Positions 7,602 through 16,420 of a stretch of DNA of 32,000 nt are shown in pieces (the first letter of the stretch is position 1; each line of letters starts with the position of its first letter). The translations under genes and the position numbers were made by a program. This DNA is from Desulfotalea psychrophila LSv54 (GTDB lineage Bacteria > Desulfobacterota > Desulfobulbia > Desulfobulbales > Desulfocapsaceae): the NCBI RefSeq assembly GCF_000025945.1, contig NC_006138.1:2070001-2102000 (forward strand), given 5' to 3'. The notes below the pieces were generated by a model, which was given only the letters and a program-made list of their open reading frames with translations, searched no databases and had not been told where the DNA came from.

Positions 7602-9969
7602 TCCTTCTGCTCCCCAGAGTAAAGAGATATGGACTCACCACCAGGGCAACGGGCCAGCCAATGCCAATGCCCACCAGTACCGTTATCCCTAAGGAGTGGA
7701 GGGCGGGATGGGAGGAAAAGGCCAGTACCCCAAAACCGATCAGGGAGCTGGCCGCACAGATTGAAATGGCCTTTTCCGTGCCCTGCAGACTCTGCTTCAG
7801 GCGGGAACAGACGGCAAAGATACCGTAGTCGACGGCTAGACCAATGACCATTATGCCCATAATCAGATGCATCATATTAAGCGTGTAGCCCATAATCCAG
7901 CAAAAGACAAGCATCCCGGCCAGGGCGGCCAGAACCGGGGCCAAAACGGCGATGATTGCCGCTACATTCCTGAATTGAATTGAGACCAGAGCCAGGACAA
8001 AGATGCCTGCCAGGCCCGAGAGAAAGAGAATGTTCTTTTTCAGCAGGCCTTCTACCTCTGCCTTCCACTGCTCACCTGCCAGGAGATGTATTTCGGGATT
8101 TTGTTCAGTAAAGAGGAGGAGTGCAGGCAATTTTTCTCTGTCACCGGAGATGCTTGTCAGCACCATGGCCCGCCTCTCTCCTTGTTGGGAGAGGGATGAA
8201 CGAATCATAAGGCCCAGCATAGGGTCTAGGGGAGAGCTCTGTAGGTGTTCAATCTTAAGGGGTCCTGTGGGGTTCTCTAACCAGTGAAAAAATGGAAAAA
8301 AGGCCTCGGGGGCAAAACCCTGCCCTGCGGCTACCCTCTTAAAGAGAGGAGAGAACTTTAGCCTCTCTTCCGACCAAAAGCCCTGCCATCTCTGTCTATT
8401 CTCCTTCTGTCTGTGCAGGCTTGGCAGTATCGGTGCCAGACTCTGTATCTGCTTAAAGCCAGACTCCTCCAAAAAATAAAAGAGTCTGTCGTTCTTTTCC
8501 AGAGCTGTCTGTATCTTATCACCAAGGCTGACCACAAATACCTTCTCCTGGGGTTTGCCCCAGGCCTCAGCAAAATAGGCCTCATCTGCCAGGACAGCAA
8601 GGCCCGGTGCATCCAGTGACTTCAGATCGCCGTTATAGCGAATTTGCGGCCAGGCAAAGACTCCTAGGCAGAGCAGGGCAAGCCAGAGGAGGCTACAGCC
8701 TTTACGCAGCCCCATAAAGCGAAGGGGACTTGGCTCTTCTCCTCTGCTCTCTTCCAGTATATTTGCTTTGGTGCAGGTGGTGGGGATTAGCAACCAGGCA
8801 AAACAAATTCCGAAGAGCAGACCGGTAAAGGCCAGACAGGCCATCTGTCTATGAGCCGGGACATTGGAGAAGAAGAGGACAAAGAAGACGGCGAGGGTGG
8901 TCAGGCTGGCAAAGAGAATGGGGCGGCGCATCTCGGCCAGGATAGTACGACGATCTTTGCCATTGCTATGGAGGGCAATAAAGAGATGGATAGAAAAGTC
9001 CACGGCAATGCCCAATAGGACAATGCCGAAACCCAGGGCCAGTCCACTGATACCTTTAAAAATAGAGGAGGTGATGGCAATGGCCGGCAGGCTGGCCAGC
9101 AGGGGGACGGCGAAGACTACTATGGCCTTGATATTTTTCAGAGAAAACGCCAGGAGGAGAAAGAGGAGAAGGGTGGCCATGGGCAAGAGGGTCTGTAGAT
9201 CATGCTTAATCGCCTGGCTGTTGGCCAGGGTATGAGGCAGGGTGCCTATGACCCGGGGGATGATTCCCGGGAGGAGGGCCTGTTCATATATCTTTTTGAG
9301 GGCCTGTTCTATCTCTTTGGCGTTATTGGAATCAGTTAGGCCCAGACGACTTTCGGCAAAGACCAGTATATTCCTGCCGTCCTTACTCAACAAAAAACCA
9401 TTTTTAAGAGAGATGGTGGAGCCATCCCGTAAAAAGCTTAGCTTGGCGGTGAGTAGTGAGCTGAAGTCCAAGGGATCAATCTGTAGCTGTCTCTTCAGGG
9501 CAATTCCTGCCAGGCTGTTGAGCAGAGAGAACGTTTCAGCCATTCTCTCGGTCAGGGCCTCTTCCGACAGCCGTTCTCTGATCTTTACCATATCCGTCTG
9601 TCGACTCAGTACCGGCAGATAGGAGAAAAAATCCGGCCCCATAGGGGTGGCCTGTTTTGAAAAGCGGGCAAAGACATGGGAGAAGCGCCTGTCTTTTTCA
9701 AGCATCGTTTCAAGGGCAGTGGCACTTTTTTCTAATGCCCTCTGGGCGGCAATCGGGTCAGGATAGCTCTTTTCCTGAGCGCTGAGGGTGATGACCAGAC
9801 GATCCACCAGGCCAATCTCTTGCAGGAGTTGCAGGTCACTGCGCACCCTGCCGTCGGGGAGTAAATCCAGAGCATTGTCCTTCATGGAGAGGCCCAGAGA
9901 AAAATAGCCAGCCACCAGGACAAGGAGAAGGACCAGAAGCCAGCGAAGGAGTCGCTCTTTTCTACTCAT
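7594..9969 (-). CDS. MMPL/RND-superfamily membrane exporter
   Basis: About 790 aa, two blocks of about 6 TMs separated by large soluble loops. Start chosen at ATG 9969 (MSRKERLLRWLLVLLL); the ORF track start at 9996 is possible. Confidence 0.85.
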   Translation of the reverse strand: MSRKERLLRWLLVLLLVLVAGYFSLGLSMKDNALDLLPDGRVRSDLQLLQEIGLVDRLVITLSAQEKSYPDPIAAQRALEKSATALETMLEKDRRFSHVFARFSKQATPMGPDFFSYLPVLSRQTDMVKIRERLSEEALTERMAETFSLLNSLAGIALKRQLQIDPLDFSSLLTAKLSFLRDGSTISLKNGFLLSKDGRNILVFAESRLGLTDSNNAKEIEQALKKIYEQALLPGIIPRVIGTLPHTLANSQAIKHDLQTLLPMATLLLFLLLAFSLKNIKAIVVFAVPLLASLPAIAITSSIFKGISGLALGFGIVLLGIAVDFSIHLFIALHSNGKDRRTILAEMRRPILFASLTTLAVFFVLFFSNVPAHRQMACLAFTGLLFGICFAWLLIPTTCTKANILEESRGEEPSPLRFMGLRKGCSLLWLALLCLGVFAWPQIRYNGDLKSLDAPGLAVLADEAYFAEAWGKPQEKVFVVSLGDKIQTALEKNDRLFYFLEESGFKQIQSLAPILPSLHRQKENRQRWQGFWSEERLKFSPLFKRVAAGQGFAPEAFFPFFHWLENPTGPLKIEHLQSSPLDPMLGLMIRSSLSQQGERRAMVLTSISGDREKLPALLLFTEQNPEIHLLAGEQWKAEVEGLLKKNILFLSGLAGIFVLALVSIQFRNVAAIIAVLAPVLAALAGMLVFCWIMGYTLNMMHLIMGIMVIGLAVDYGIFAVCSRLKQSLQGTEKAISICAASSLIGFGVLAFSSHPALHSLGITVLVGIGIGWPVALVVSPYLFTLGSRRND

Positions 9970-10597
9970 TGATATCACAGCGGGAAAAGAGATCATCTGC
10001 CAGCGGAATGTTCAGCTGAGGGTTTTTGAAGAAAATGCGGGTAAAGTCACCTCCTCTTTCAACGATCTTAACCTGTTCTGGCTGTAGGCTCTTCTCGTTA
10101 AAGCGAATGGTTACCCGGGATAGAATTTTTGAGATCGCTCCCTCTTTATCAAAGTGGATGACAAGACTTGCCGGTTCCATCTTGCTCAGTCTATAGAGCT
10201 TGGATAGTTTCAGATAATCACCGCCCAACCAGTTCCAGAGCTGTTCCGCCACCACCCGCATCACTGGGTCGGAGGAGAGGAGAAAGGGGGTGGCTTCACC
10301 TTCGCTGTCACAGCGCATGCCCTGTTCACCGTTGAAAATCAGGGCCGAGGGGAGGGGGGAGGTGAACTGCCAACGTAATTTGTCCGGGCGAATGAGGCTC
10401 AGATGGCCGCGAAAGATCACCGGCTTGTTCAGCATGGCTAGGTGTTTCTCTTGGATAAAGTCCGTGGAGAAGGCCTCTGCCTGCCGTGATGTCTGCTGAA
10501 TCTTGTGCAAAAAGGTGTTGAGCTCTTCCTCTTCGCTGGCAAGGGCCATGGATGCGACAAGGCAGAAAAAGAGGGTAAGGATAATTTTTTTTAGCAT
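9962..10597 (-). CDS. LolA-like outer-membrane lipoprotein carrier family protein
   Basis: Signal peptide MLKKIILTLFFCLVASMALA. FIQEKHLAMLNKPVIFRGHLSLIRPDKLRWQF resembles the LolA core motif. Confidence 0.75.
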   Translation of the reverse strand: MLKKIILTLFFCLVASMALASEEEELNTFLHKIQQTSRQAEAFSTDFIQEKHLAMLNKPVIFRGHLSLIRPDKLRWQFTSPLPSALIFNGEQGMRCDSEGEATPFLLSSDPVMRVVAEQLWNWLGGDYLKLSKLYRLSKMEPASLVIHFDKEGAISKILSRVTIRFNEKSLQPEQVKIVERGGDFTRIFFKNPQLNIPLADDLFSRCDINE

Positions 10598-10665
10598 TTT
10601 TTCCACGTGGTGAGGCTGACGGAATCATCCTTCTTCAGGACTTGTTAACTTTACAAGATTCTGGG

Positions 10666-10716
10666 AGCTTGAAAAACAGGCAATTTCGATAAGACAGAGA
10701 TTTAAAGAAAGGCTCC
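10666..10716 (-). repeat. dispersed intergenic repeat, copy D (short, internally deleted)
   Basis: The minus strand reads GGAGCCTTTCTTTAAATCTCTGTCTTATCGAAATTGCCTGTTTTTCAAGCTC. It shares the 5' GGAGCC, TTCTTYAAAT..CTG..TTATCGAAA and TTTTTCAAGC blocks. It begins 2 nt after the upstream stop codon. Confidence 0.6.
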
Positions 10717-10717
10717 A

Positions 10718-11167
10718 TCAAGGTTTTTTCAGGTCTTCCCAGACCTTAAGGTTGCCTGTAGCCAGGAGATCCTCATTAGAAAATACCTCTCCTTTGAGGA
10801 AGCTGATTGCGCCAAATTCAAAGGTCTTCTCCACCACCACCCGTAATCTTTCGCCACCGTGGCCATTTTTGTTGAGGGAGAAATCCTCTAAACCCACCAA
10901 CATGCCATCATGCAGGGGCTTACCTGCTGAAAGTGCTATAAAACCATTCTGCAGGGCTGCTGCTTGGGCGATGAGCTCCACAAAAAATTCAGGAAGGAAC
11001 TGGTCCCCTGCAAAAAAAATACCCTTCTCCGGTAGACGGGCCAGAACAACAGCCCTCTCGGAGTTACACTCCTGCAGAGAATCCACCAGAAGCATCGGCG
11101 CCCGGTGTGGTAGGAGCAGGCCTGCCGGCATGGGTAATTCAAACTCTTCTTTCACTGTATTTTCCAT
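10718..11167 (-). CDS. FabZ/ApeP-like 3-hydroxyacyl-ACP dehydratase (hotdog)
   Basis: LLPHRAPMLLVDSL motif. GAGGA lies 4 nt before ATG 11167, preferred over ATG 11203, which would overlap fabG. Confidence 0.8.
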   Translation of the reverse strand: MENTVKEEFELPMPAGLLLPHRAPMLLVDSLQECNSERAVVLARLPEKGIFFAGDQFLPEFFVELIAQAAALQNGFIALSAGKPLHDGMLVGLEDFSLNKNGHGGERLRVVVEKTFEFGAISFLKGEVFSNEDLLATGNLKVWEDLKKP

Positions 11168-11183
11168 GGTTTCCTCACCAAAA

Positions 11184-11918
11184 CTACATATGCATTCCAC
11201 CATTTACGCTAAAGACCTGACCGGTTATATAGCTGGCATCATCACTGAGGAGAAAGCGAACAACTCCCGCCACCTCTTTTTTGGTGCCCACCCGACCCAG
11301 AGGGATAAGGGGTAACATCTTATCCAAGGGCAGTCCTTCGATCATCTCTGTCTCTATTAAACCGGGAGAGACCACGTTTACCAGGATATTCCTCTTGGCA
11401 AGTTCTCTTGCCAGGGCCTTGGATGCGCCGATAAGACCTGCCTTGGCCGCCGAGTAGTTTACCTGTCCTGCCTGACCAATTTCTCCTGAGAGGGAGGCTA
11501 TGCTTATGATCCGTCCCCTTCTCTTAGAGAGCATATGACGGGAAAAAATCCGACCGAGGATATAGAAGCTGTTGAGGTGGACATCGATGACTGCGTCCCA
11601 CTCCTGCCTCTGCATCATAGGTAGGAGGGTATCTCTTGTAATGCCGGCATTATGGATCATGGCAAAGGGTACAGTCTCAGCCAATAGGGGTTCCAGAATT
11701 TTCGCAGTTGCCGCCTCGTCGGTGACGTCAAAAGCCAGGAGGAGGCATTCTCGTCCAAGTTCCTCTATCTCCTTTTTAACGGTCTGAGCCTGTTCTGTAG
11801 AACTTCTGTAGTTGAGCCAGATATCATAGCCTGCCGCTGCCAGATGGACGGCAATGGCTGCCCCGATACCCCGACTTGCCCCACTTATGAAAACAATCTT
11901 TTTCTCACTCTCTGCCAT
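11184..11918 (-). CDS. fabG: 3-oxoacyl-ACP reductase (SDR)
   Basis: 244 aa. ISGASRGIGAAIA cofactor motif, NAG, and catalytic S...YSAAK. Confidence 0.92.
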   Translation of the reverse strand: MAESEKKIVFISGASRGIGAAIAVHLAAAGYDIWLNYRSSTEQAQTVKKEIEELGRECLLLAFDVTDEAATAKILEPLLAETVPFAMIHNAGITRDTLLPMMQRQEWDAVIDVHLNSFYILGRIFSRHMLSKRRGRIISIASLSGEIGQAGQVNYSAAKAGLIGASKALARELAKRNILVNVVSPGLIETEMIEGLPLDKMLPLIPLGRVGTKKEVAGVVRFLLSDDASYITGQVFSVNGGMHM

Positions 11919-11976
11919 ATCTTACCTCTCATTTTAGGGCCAGCTAGAAATCTACCCGGCATAACATTCCATTTAT

Positions 11977-12756
11977 TTAGGATAGTCTTATATCTAAATG
12001 TACCGATCCATAGACAGATTCCAGGGTACAGTGCAGGTGCTCCTCTCTCCTTTGAAGTCTTTCGGAGAGGAGGTAGGCGCTGGTCAGTGGATCACTGTGT
12101 CTGAAGAGCTCCTCATTGATCAGGGCCTCTTCCTTGTCCAGCAGATGGTTGACGTCTGACCTGTTCCTGCCCTCTATACTTAACCTATCTATTTTAAATT
12201 GATTGTCAGCTGTACTCTTCTCACTGCTTAAAAGCCAACAGACAGCACCTGCCTGCCAGTTGTCTTCCTCTGCATAATTTTTTTGTCGGACATCCTCTAA
12301 GAGTTGGCTATAGGTCTCCACCTGCAGGACCAGACAGGAGCTGAGCAGGCCACTCTCTATTGCCATCATGGCCTGTTCCAGGGCCCTGAAAAAGGGAAAT
12401 TCAAAGTCCGTGTAGCTCATGGCACATCCCTGAATATTAAAGGTATTTGCCATATAGCCCACCGCCGAGTTGGCAACGGAATGAGAAAATAGGGTGGGGG
12501 AGAGGGGATTTCTATGGGCCACCTCCCTGAGCACAGAAAAATTGGTATCCATGGGGCCGGCAAAGGTGCTGAGAAACAGCCCCTGTGAGATATCTCCTCT
12601 TGCGTCGGGAGAGATATTTCTGCCAAGGACCTCATGGGCTGCCACCGTGCCTAAACGGATGAAATCGTCGGCCCTGCGCAGATGTTTGGCCATGTCTACG
12701 GGGATTTCAAGCTCGGTCAGGAGACCGGCATAAACTTGAGAAATATAGACAGTCAT
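11977..12756 (-). CDS. ketosynthase N-terminal-half protein lacking the active-site Cys (chain-length-factor/ApeC-like)
   Basis: 259 aa. SPTLFSHSVANSAVGYMANTFNIQGCAMSY aligns with the KS region preceding the nucleophile, but no A-C-x-S motif and no His-His half. ATGA overlap with the upstream full KS. Confidence 0.7.
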   Translation of the reverse strand: MTVYISQVYAGLLTELEIPVDMAKHLRRADDFIRLGTVAAHEVLGRNISPDARGDISQGLFLSTFAGPMDTNFSVLREVAHRNPLSPTLFSHSVANSAVGYMANTFNIQGCAMSYTDFEFPFFRALEQAMMAIESGLLSSCLVLQVETYSQLLEDVRQKNYAEEDNWQAGAVCWLLSSEKSTADNQFKIDRLSIEGRNRSDVNHLLDKEEALINEELFRHSDPLTSAYLLSERLQRREEHLHCTLESVYGSVHLDIRLS

Positions 12757-13961
12757 ATCCTTCCTCCCTCCAGAATAAGGACGCTGTTAGAACCACCAAA
12801 GGCCAGCGATTGACTCATGCCAATCCTGCCCAGCAGAGCCCTCTCCTCTCCCTCGGGGATGATGGGAAAGGCGAATAGAGGATCGGGACTGTGACAGCCC
12901 ACCGTCCCTGGAAGATGGCCTTCATTTAAGGACATAAGGGTGAAGACGGCTTCCACGCCACCTGCTGCGCCCAGGGTATGTCCGGTAATGCCCTTGGTGG
13001 AAACCATGGGTAGGGAGGGGCTAAATCCTGCCTGGTAAATAGCCTGGGTCTCGGCCTGGTCGTTTACTGCAGTGCCTGTGCCATGAGCATTTATCATGGA
13101 GATATTGTTTAGATCAAGCCGGGCATTTTTTAGGGCAGAGGCGATGGCCAGTTGTAGACCTCTCCCCTGCGGATGGGGGGCCGTTGGATGGTAGGCGTCC
13201 CCAGCAACCCCATAGCCCCTGACAAAACCTAAGGGGGCTTTTTTGCCGGCGGAATAAGGCTCCATGACAAAGATTCCTGCCCCTTCCCCGAGGTTAAGCC
13301 CCTGCCTCTCTGCATCAAAGGGTTGACAGCTCGTCTCGCTGATAAGGCGCAGGCTCTTAAAACCATTACAGGCAATTCGGGAGAGGGCATCGGCGCCACC
13401 GGCAATGGCAATATCACAGAGCCCCTGCTCCAGCCAAATTTTTGCCATGCCAATGGCATCTGTTCCGGAGGCACAGGCATTGGTGATGACGATTCTGGGG
13501 CCATGTATTCCTAAAAAACGTTGGATATAGGCGGCGAGATTGTTGTCAAGGTGTTGATGGATGGGCCCCGGTTCGGGATTTTTCCCCTCTTCCCATGTCC
13601 TGTAATAGGATTCATCGTCAAAGGTGCTGCCAACGGTGGTGCCCAAGGCCAGGCCGACACGTTTTCCCTGTAGCTCTTCCAGGGAGAGGCCAGCCTGGGC
13701 CAAGGCCTCGTCGATGGCCTGTAGGGCCAGAGAGATTGTCCGGTTATGTGGTTTCTCTCTCTTGCTGTTGAGTACCTGGTAGCTGGTCTCTCCTTCATCG
13801 ACATAGAAACAGGGGGCAGGGAAAAAGGTGGGCAGAGTCTTATTGTTCACCCGTCCTAGCAGTAGGCTCTGCCAGGCAGATTGACAGCTTCGGCCGGCAG
13901 CTGTTACACAGCCATAGCCCCTTACACTGATCTTTGCTAAAGAGTTGTTAGACATGTCCAT
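12753..13961 (-). CDS. beta-ketoacyl-ACP synthase (complete Cys-His-His)
   Basis: 402 aa. TNACASGTDAIG, NAHGTGTAVND, KGITGHTLGAAG. Confidence 0.9.
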   Translation of the reverse strand: MDMSNNSLAKISVRGYGCVTAAGRSCQSAWQSLLLGRVNNKTLPTFFPAPCFYVDEGETSYQVLNSKREKPHNRTISLALQAIDEALAQAGLSLEELQGKRVGLALGTTVGSTFDDESYYRTWEEGKNPEPGPIHQHLDNNLAAYIQRFLGIHGPRIVITNACASGTDAIGMAKIWLEQGLCDIAIAGGADALSRIACNGFKSLRLISETSCQPFDAERQGLNLGEGAGIFVMEPYSAGKKAPLGFVRGYGVAGDAYHPTAPHPQGRGLQLAIASALKNARLDLNNISMINAHGTGTAVNDQAETQAIYQAGFSPSLPMVSTKGITGHTLGAAGGVEAVFTLMSLNEGHLPGTVGCHSPDPLFAFPIIPEGEERALLGRIGMSQSLAFGGSNSVLILEGGRI

Positions 13962-14020
13962 ATTTCCTTTTCTAAACGTTCCAGGCCCTTGCCGGTTTCA
14001 GGGAGTTTTTAGGTGAAAAA

Positions 14021-14275
14021 CTACTCCATCCTCTCGGCAATAAACTTTGCCAGGGCATTGATCGATTCAAAGACTGTTTTTCCCTCTTCCATATCGGCAA
14101 TGGTTACGCCGAAACGTTTTTCCACTAAAAATGCCAATTCAACAGCATCGAGGGAATCAAGGCCGAGACCTTCACCAAAGAGCTGTCCATCATCGTCAAT
14201 ATCCTCTTTGACAATGCCTTGGATTTTCAGGTCATCTACCAGGATCTCTTTCAGCTGCTGTTTTATTTTCTCCAT
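14021..14275 (-). CDS. acyl carrier protein
   Basis: LGLDSLDAVELAF motif. ATG 14275 with a GGAAG RBS is preferred over the TTG at 14293. Confidence 0.9.
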   Translation of the reverse strand: MEKIKQQLKEILVDDLKIQGIVKEDIDDDGQLFGEGLGLDSLDAVELAFLVEKRFGVTIADMEEGKTVFESINALAKFIAERME

Positions 14276-14325
14276 CTCTCTTCCAAGGTCCAATAGCCCG
14301 GTGGGCTTCTAATATGAAAACTGCA

Positions 14326-14351
14326 CAATAGCAAATTGCCCCCTGCTATTG
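14326..14351 (-). other. intercistronic hairpin (8-bp stem, 10-nt loop) spanning the acyltransferase stop codon, upstream of the ACP gene
   Basis: CAATAGCA (14326-14333) pairs with TGCTATTG (14344-14351). Confidence 0.5.
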
Positions 14352-15239
14352 CTCCCAAAAATTATAAAAATTATACCACTGATAGGGGTATTCCTGCAGG
14401 TAGGACTCTAGCGCTGCCAGGTATCTTTCTGCGCACTCTTGTAACATATCTGCGCGACTATCTCGACCCTTATACTGTGGATAAAAACAATCCCATGCCC
14501 GGACTTGAAAATGTTTTCCCCCTCTGTTTGCTGCCAGTAACACCACCACCGGGGCCGCGGCCGTGGCGGCTAGCATATAGGCGGAGGTTGATATGCGTAC
14601 AGGGCTATTATAGAAGTTTGCCGTAACCGAGTGACCACCGATATAGCGGTCTCCCATTATCACCACCAGATCGCCCGCCCTCAGGGCTGCAGCTGCCGCC
14701 AGCATCCCTCCGAAGGGGCCGTTCACATTTATAATCTCAAAGGGTTTTTTTCCTGAGCGTAGTTCAAAATAGTGTTTTGTCACGGCATGGGCATCATAGT
14801 CCATAAGGACATGGACCTTGGCACCCAGACAATTCAGCCGTGAGAGTGTTGCCTGCCAATTACCCACATGGGCCATAAGCAGTACAGCTCCCTTGCCAGC
14901 CTTAACCGCATCTTCCAGTATTGTCTGGTCAACGACATCCTCTTGCAGGGCTGCTCCCTTACAGATACCAAGCCAGGCCCGATCAACCAGGACAGTGCCA
15001 AAGGAAAATACAACTCTGTAGGCGGCCCAAAATAATTTCCAGTGGCCCATCTGTGGAAAACGCCTCTGCAGATAGGGGGCGAGGGTGCGATGGATTTTTC
15101 GACTACAGATCATATAGAAGAGGATTACCGGCCCCAGGAGGAGTCGTCCTCCCCCCCTACCTCCACAGCGAATGGCAAGATAAAAAAAGCGGTGGCCGAG
15201 TCTTTCCAGCCCTTTGAGAAAACGCCTTGGCCATATCAC
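14346..15239 (-). CDS. LpxL/HtrB-family lysophospholipid/lipid A-type acyltransferase
   Basis: AHVGNWQ (HxGNW motif) and C-terminal YPYQWYNFYNFW. GTGA overlap with the GT2 gene. Confidence 0.75.
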   Translation of the reverse strand: MIWPRRFLKGLERLGHRFFYLAIRCGGRGGGRLLLGPVILFYMICSRKIHRTLAPYLQRRFPQMGHWKLFWAAYRVVFSFGTVLVDRAWLGICKGAALQEDVVDQTILEDAVKAGKGAVLLMAHVGNWQATLSRLNCLGAKVHVLMDYDAHAVTKHYFELRSGKKPFEIINVNGPFGGMLAAAAALRAGDLVVIMGDRYIGGHSVTANFYNSPVRISTSAYMLAATAAAPVVVLLAANRGGKHFQVRAWDCFYPQYKGRDSRADMLQECAERYLAALESYLQEYPYQWYNFYNFWEQ

Positions 15240-16420
15240 GGGGTTTCACCTTTTTGGGAGCGGAGGAGGATAAATTTACGGGAAGAGAAATATACCAGGG
15301 ACGCGCCGACAAGCCCCAGTACGGGGCCTACAACCAGGGAACCTAGTAACCACTCCCAGACTCGTTCCGGTATTTCCAGCAACCATCTCTGCCAGGAGAG
15401 ATCGTAGATGAACTCTCCATGCAGCATATAATGGCCCAATTCAATACAGAGGGCGGGTATCAGGGGGGGCATACAGAATTGGCTTGCCGCCACCGCCGCC
15501 ACTTTATTGAGGTGAAGTCGGCAACAGAAATATATTATGGCAAGGGTATGACAGGCAATAAGAGGCAGGGCGCCGAGGAAGAGGCCGCTGAATACCGCCA
15601 CCGCCAACCAAAATGGAGAGGAATTCTCCTGACATATTCTCTTTAGGGTGCGCAGAGGATGTTTGGCATCCTCCAGGGGTTCTAGCTTCGCTTTCCCCTC
15701 CACCAACTGTTTATGGGGCAGGGGCAGGAGACGCCTGCAAACAAGGGTCGTGTGCAGTTTTGTCAGTCGCCAGTTGTCCAGTCCCTTTCTAAAGTGGCTT
15801 ACCCTCTCATCTGCCGGGGGGTAGTGGACGGAAACTGGGACATCCCGGACCTCAAGGCCACTCCAGACAGATTTCACCAGTACCTCTATTTCAAAATCAT
15901 AGCAGCAGTGCGGCAGATCAAGGGCCAGGATTTCCTCCACGGGGTAGAGGCGCATGCCGCTCTGGGTATCGGCCAGTTCGCAGCCGCATTCCAGTCGGAC
16001 CCAAAAATTAGAAAATGCCTTGCCGAAATGACTGGAGCGAGGCACGGTATCCTGGATCATCTCGCGAGCGCCAATGATGATAGCCGGCCACGGCCCCCTG
16101 TTTGCCTCGGCCACCAGGAGAGGAATCTCCAGGGGGCTGTGCTGGCCATCGGCATCCACCGTGACAATGGCCTGATAGCCATTTTCCAGAGCATAGCTTG
16201 CACCCGTCTTAATGGCCGCTCCCTTGCCACGGTTTTCGGTCAGTCGCAGAGTTGCACAGCCTTGGCCCTTCAGGCTCTGCAGGCCGCTGTCGGTACTGCC
16301 ATCGTCGACCACCAGTACAGGCAGGCCTGTCTCAAGTGCCCTGGTAGCTACCGCCGCCACGCTTGTGCCGTGGTTATAGAGGGGGATGACTATCAGTATT
16401 TTTGCATTATCGAGTTTCAT
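15236..16420 (-). CDS. family 2 glycosyltransferase with C-terminal membrane (DUF2062-like) domain
   Basis: VIPLYNHG...VVDDGSTD...TVDADGQH motifs. Hydrophobic C-terminal third. ATGA overlap with the upstream gene. Confidence 0.85.
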   Translation of the reverse strand: MKLDNAKILIVIPLYNHGTSVAAVATRALETGLPVLVVDDGSTDSGLQSLKGQGCATLRLTENRGKGAAIKTGASYALENGYQAIVTVDADGQHSPLEIPLLVAEANRGPWPAIIIGAREMIQDTVPRSSHFGKAFSNFWVRLECGCELADTQSGMRLYPVEEILALDLPHCCYDFEIEVLVKSVWSGLEVRDVPVSVHYPPADERVSHFRKGLDNWRLTKLHTTLVCRRLLPLPHKQLVEGKAKLEPLEDAKHPLRTLKRICQENSSPFWLAVAVFSGLFLGALPLIACHTLAIIYFCCRLHLNKVAAVAASQFCMPPLIPALCIELGHYMLHGEFIYDLSWQRWLLEIPERVWEWLLGSLVVGPVLGLVGASLVYFSSRKFILLRSQKGETP

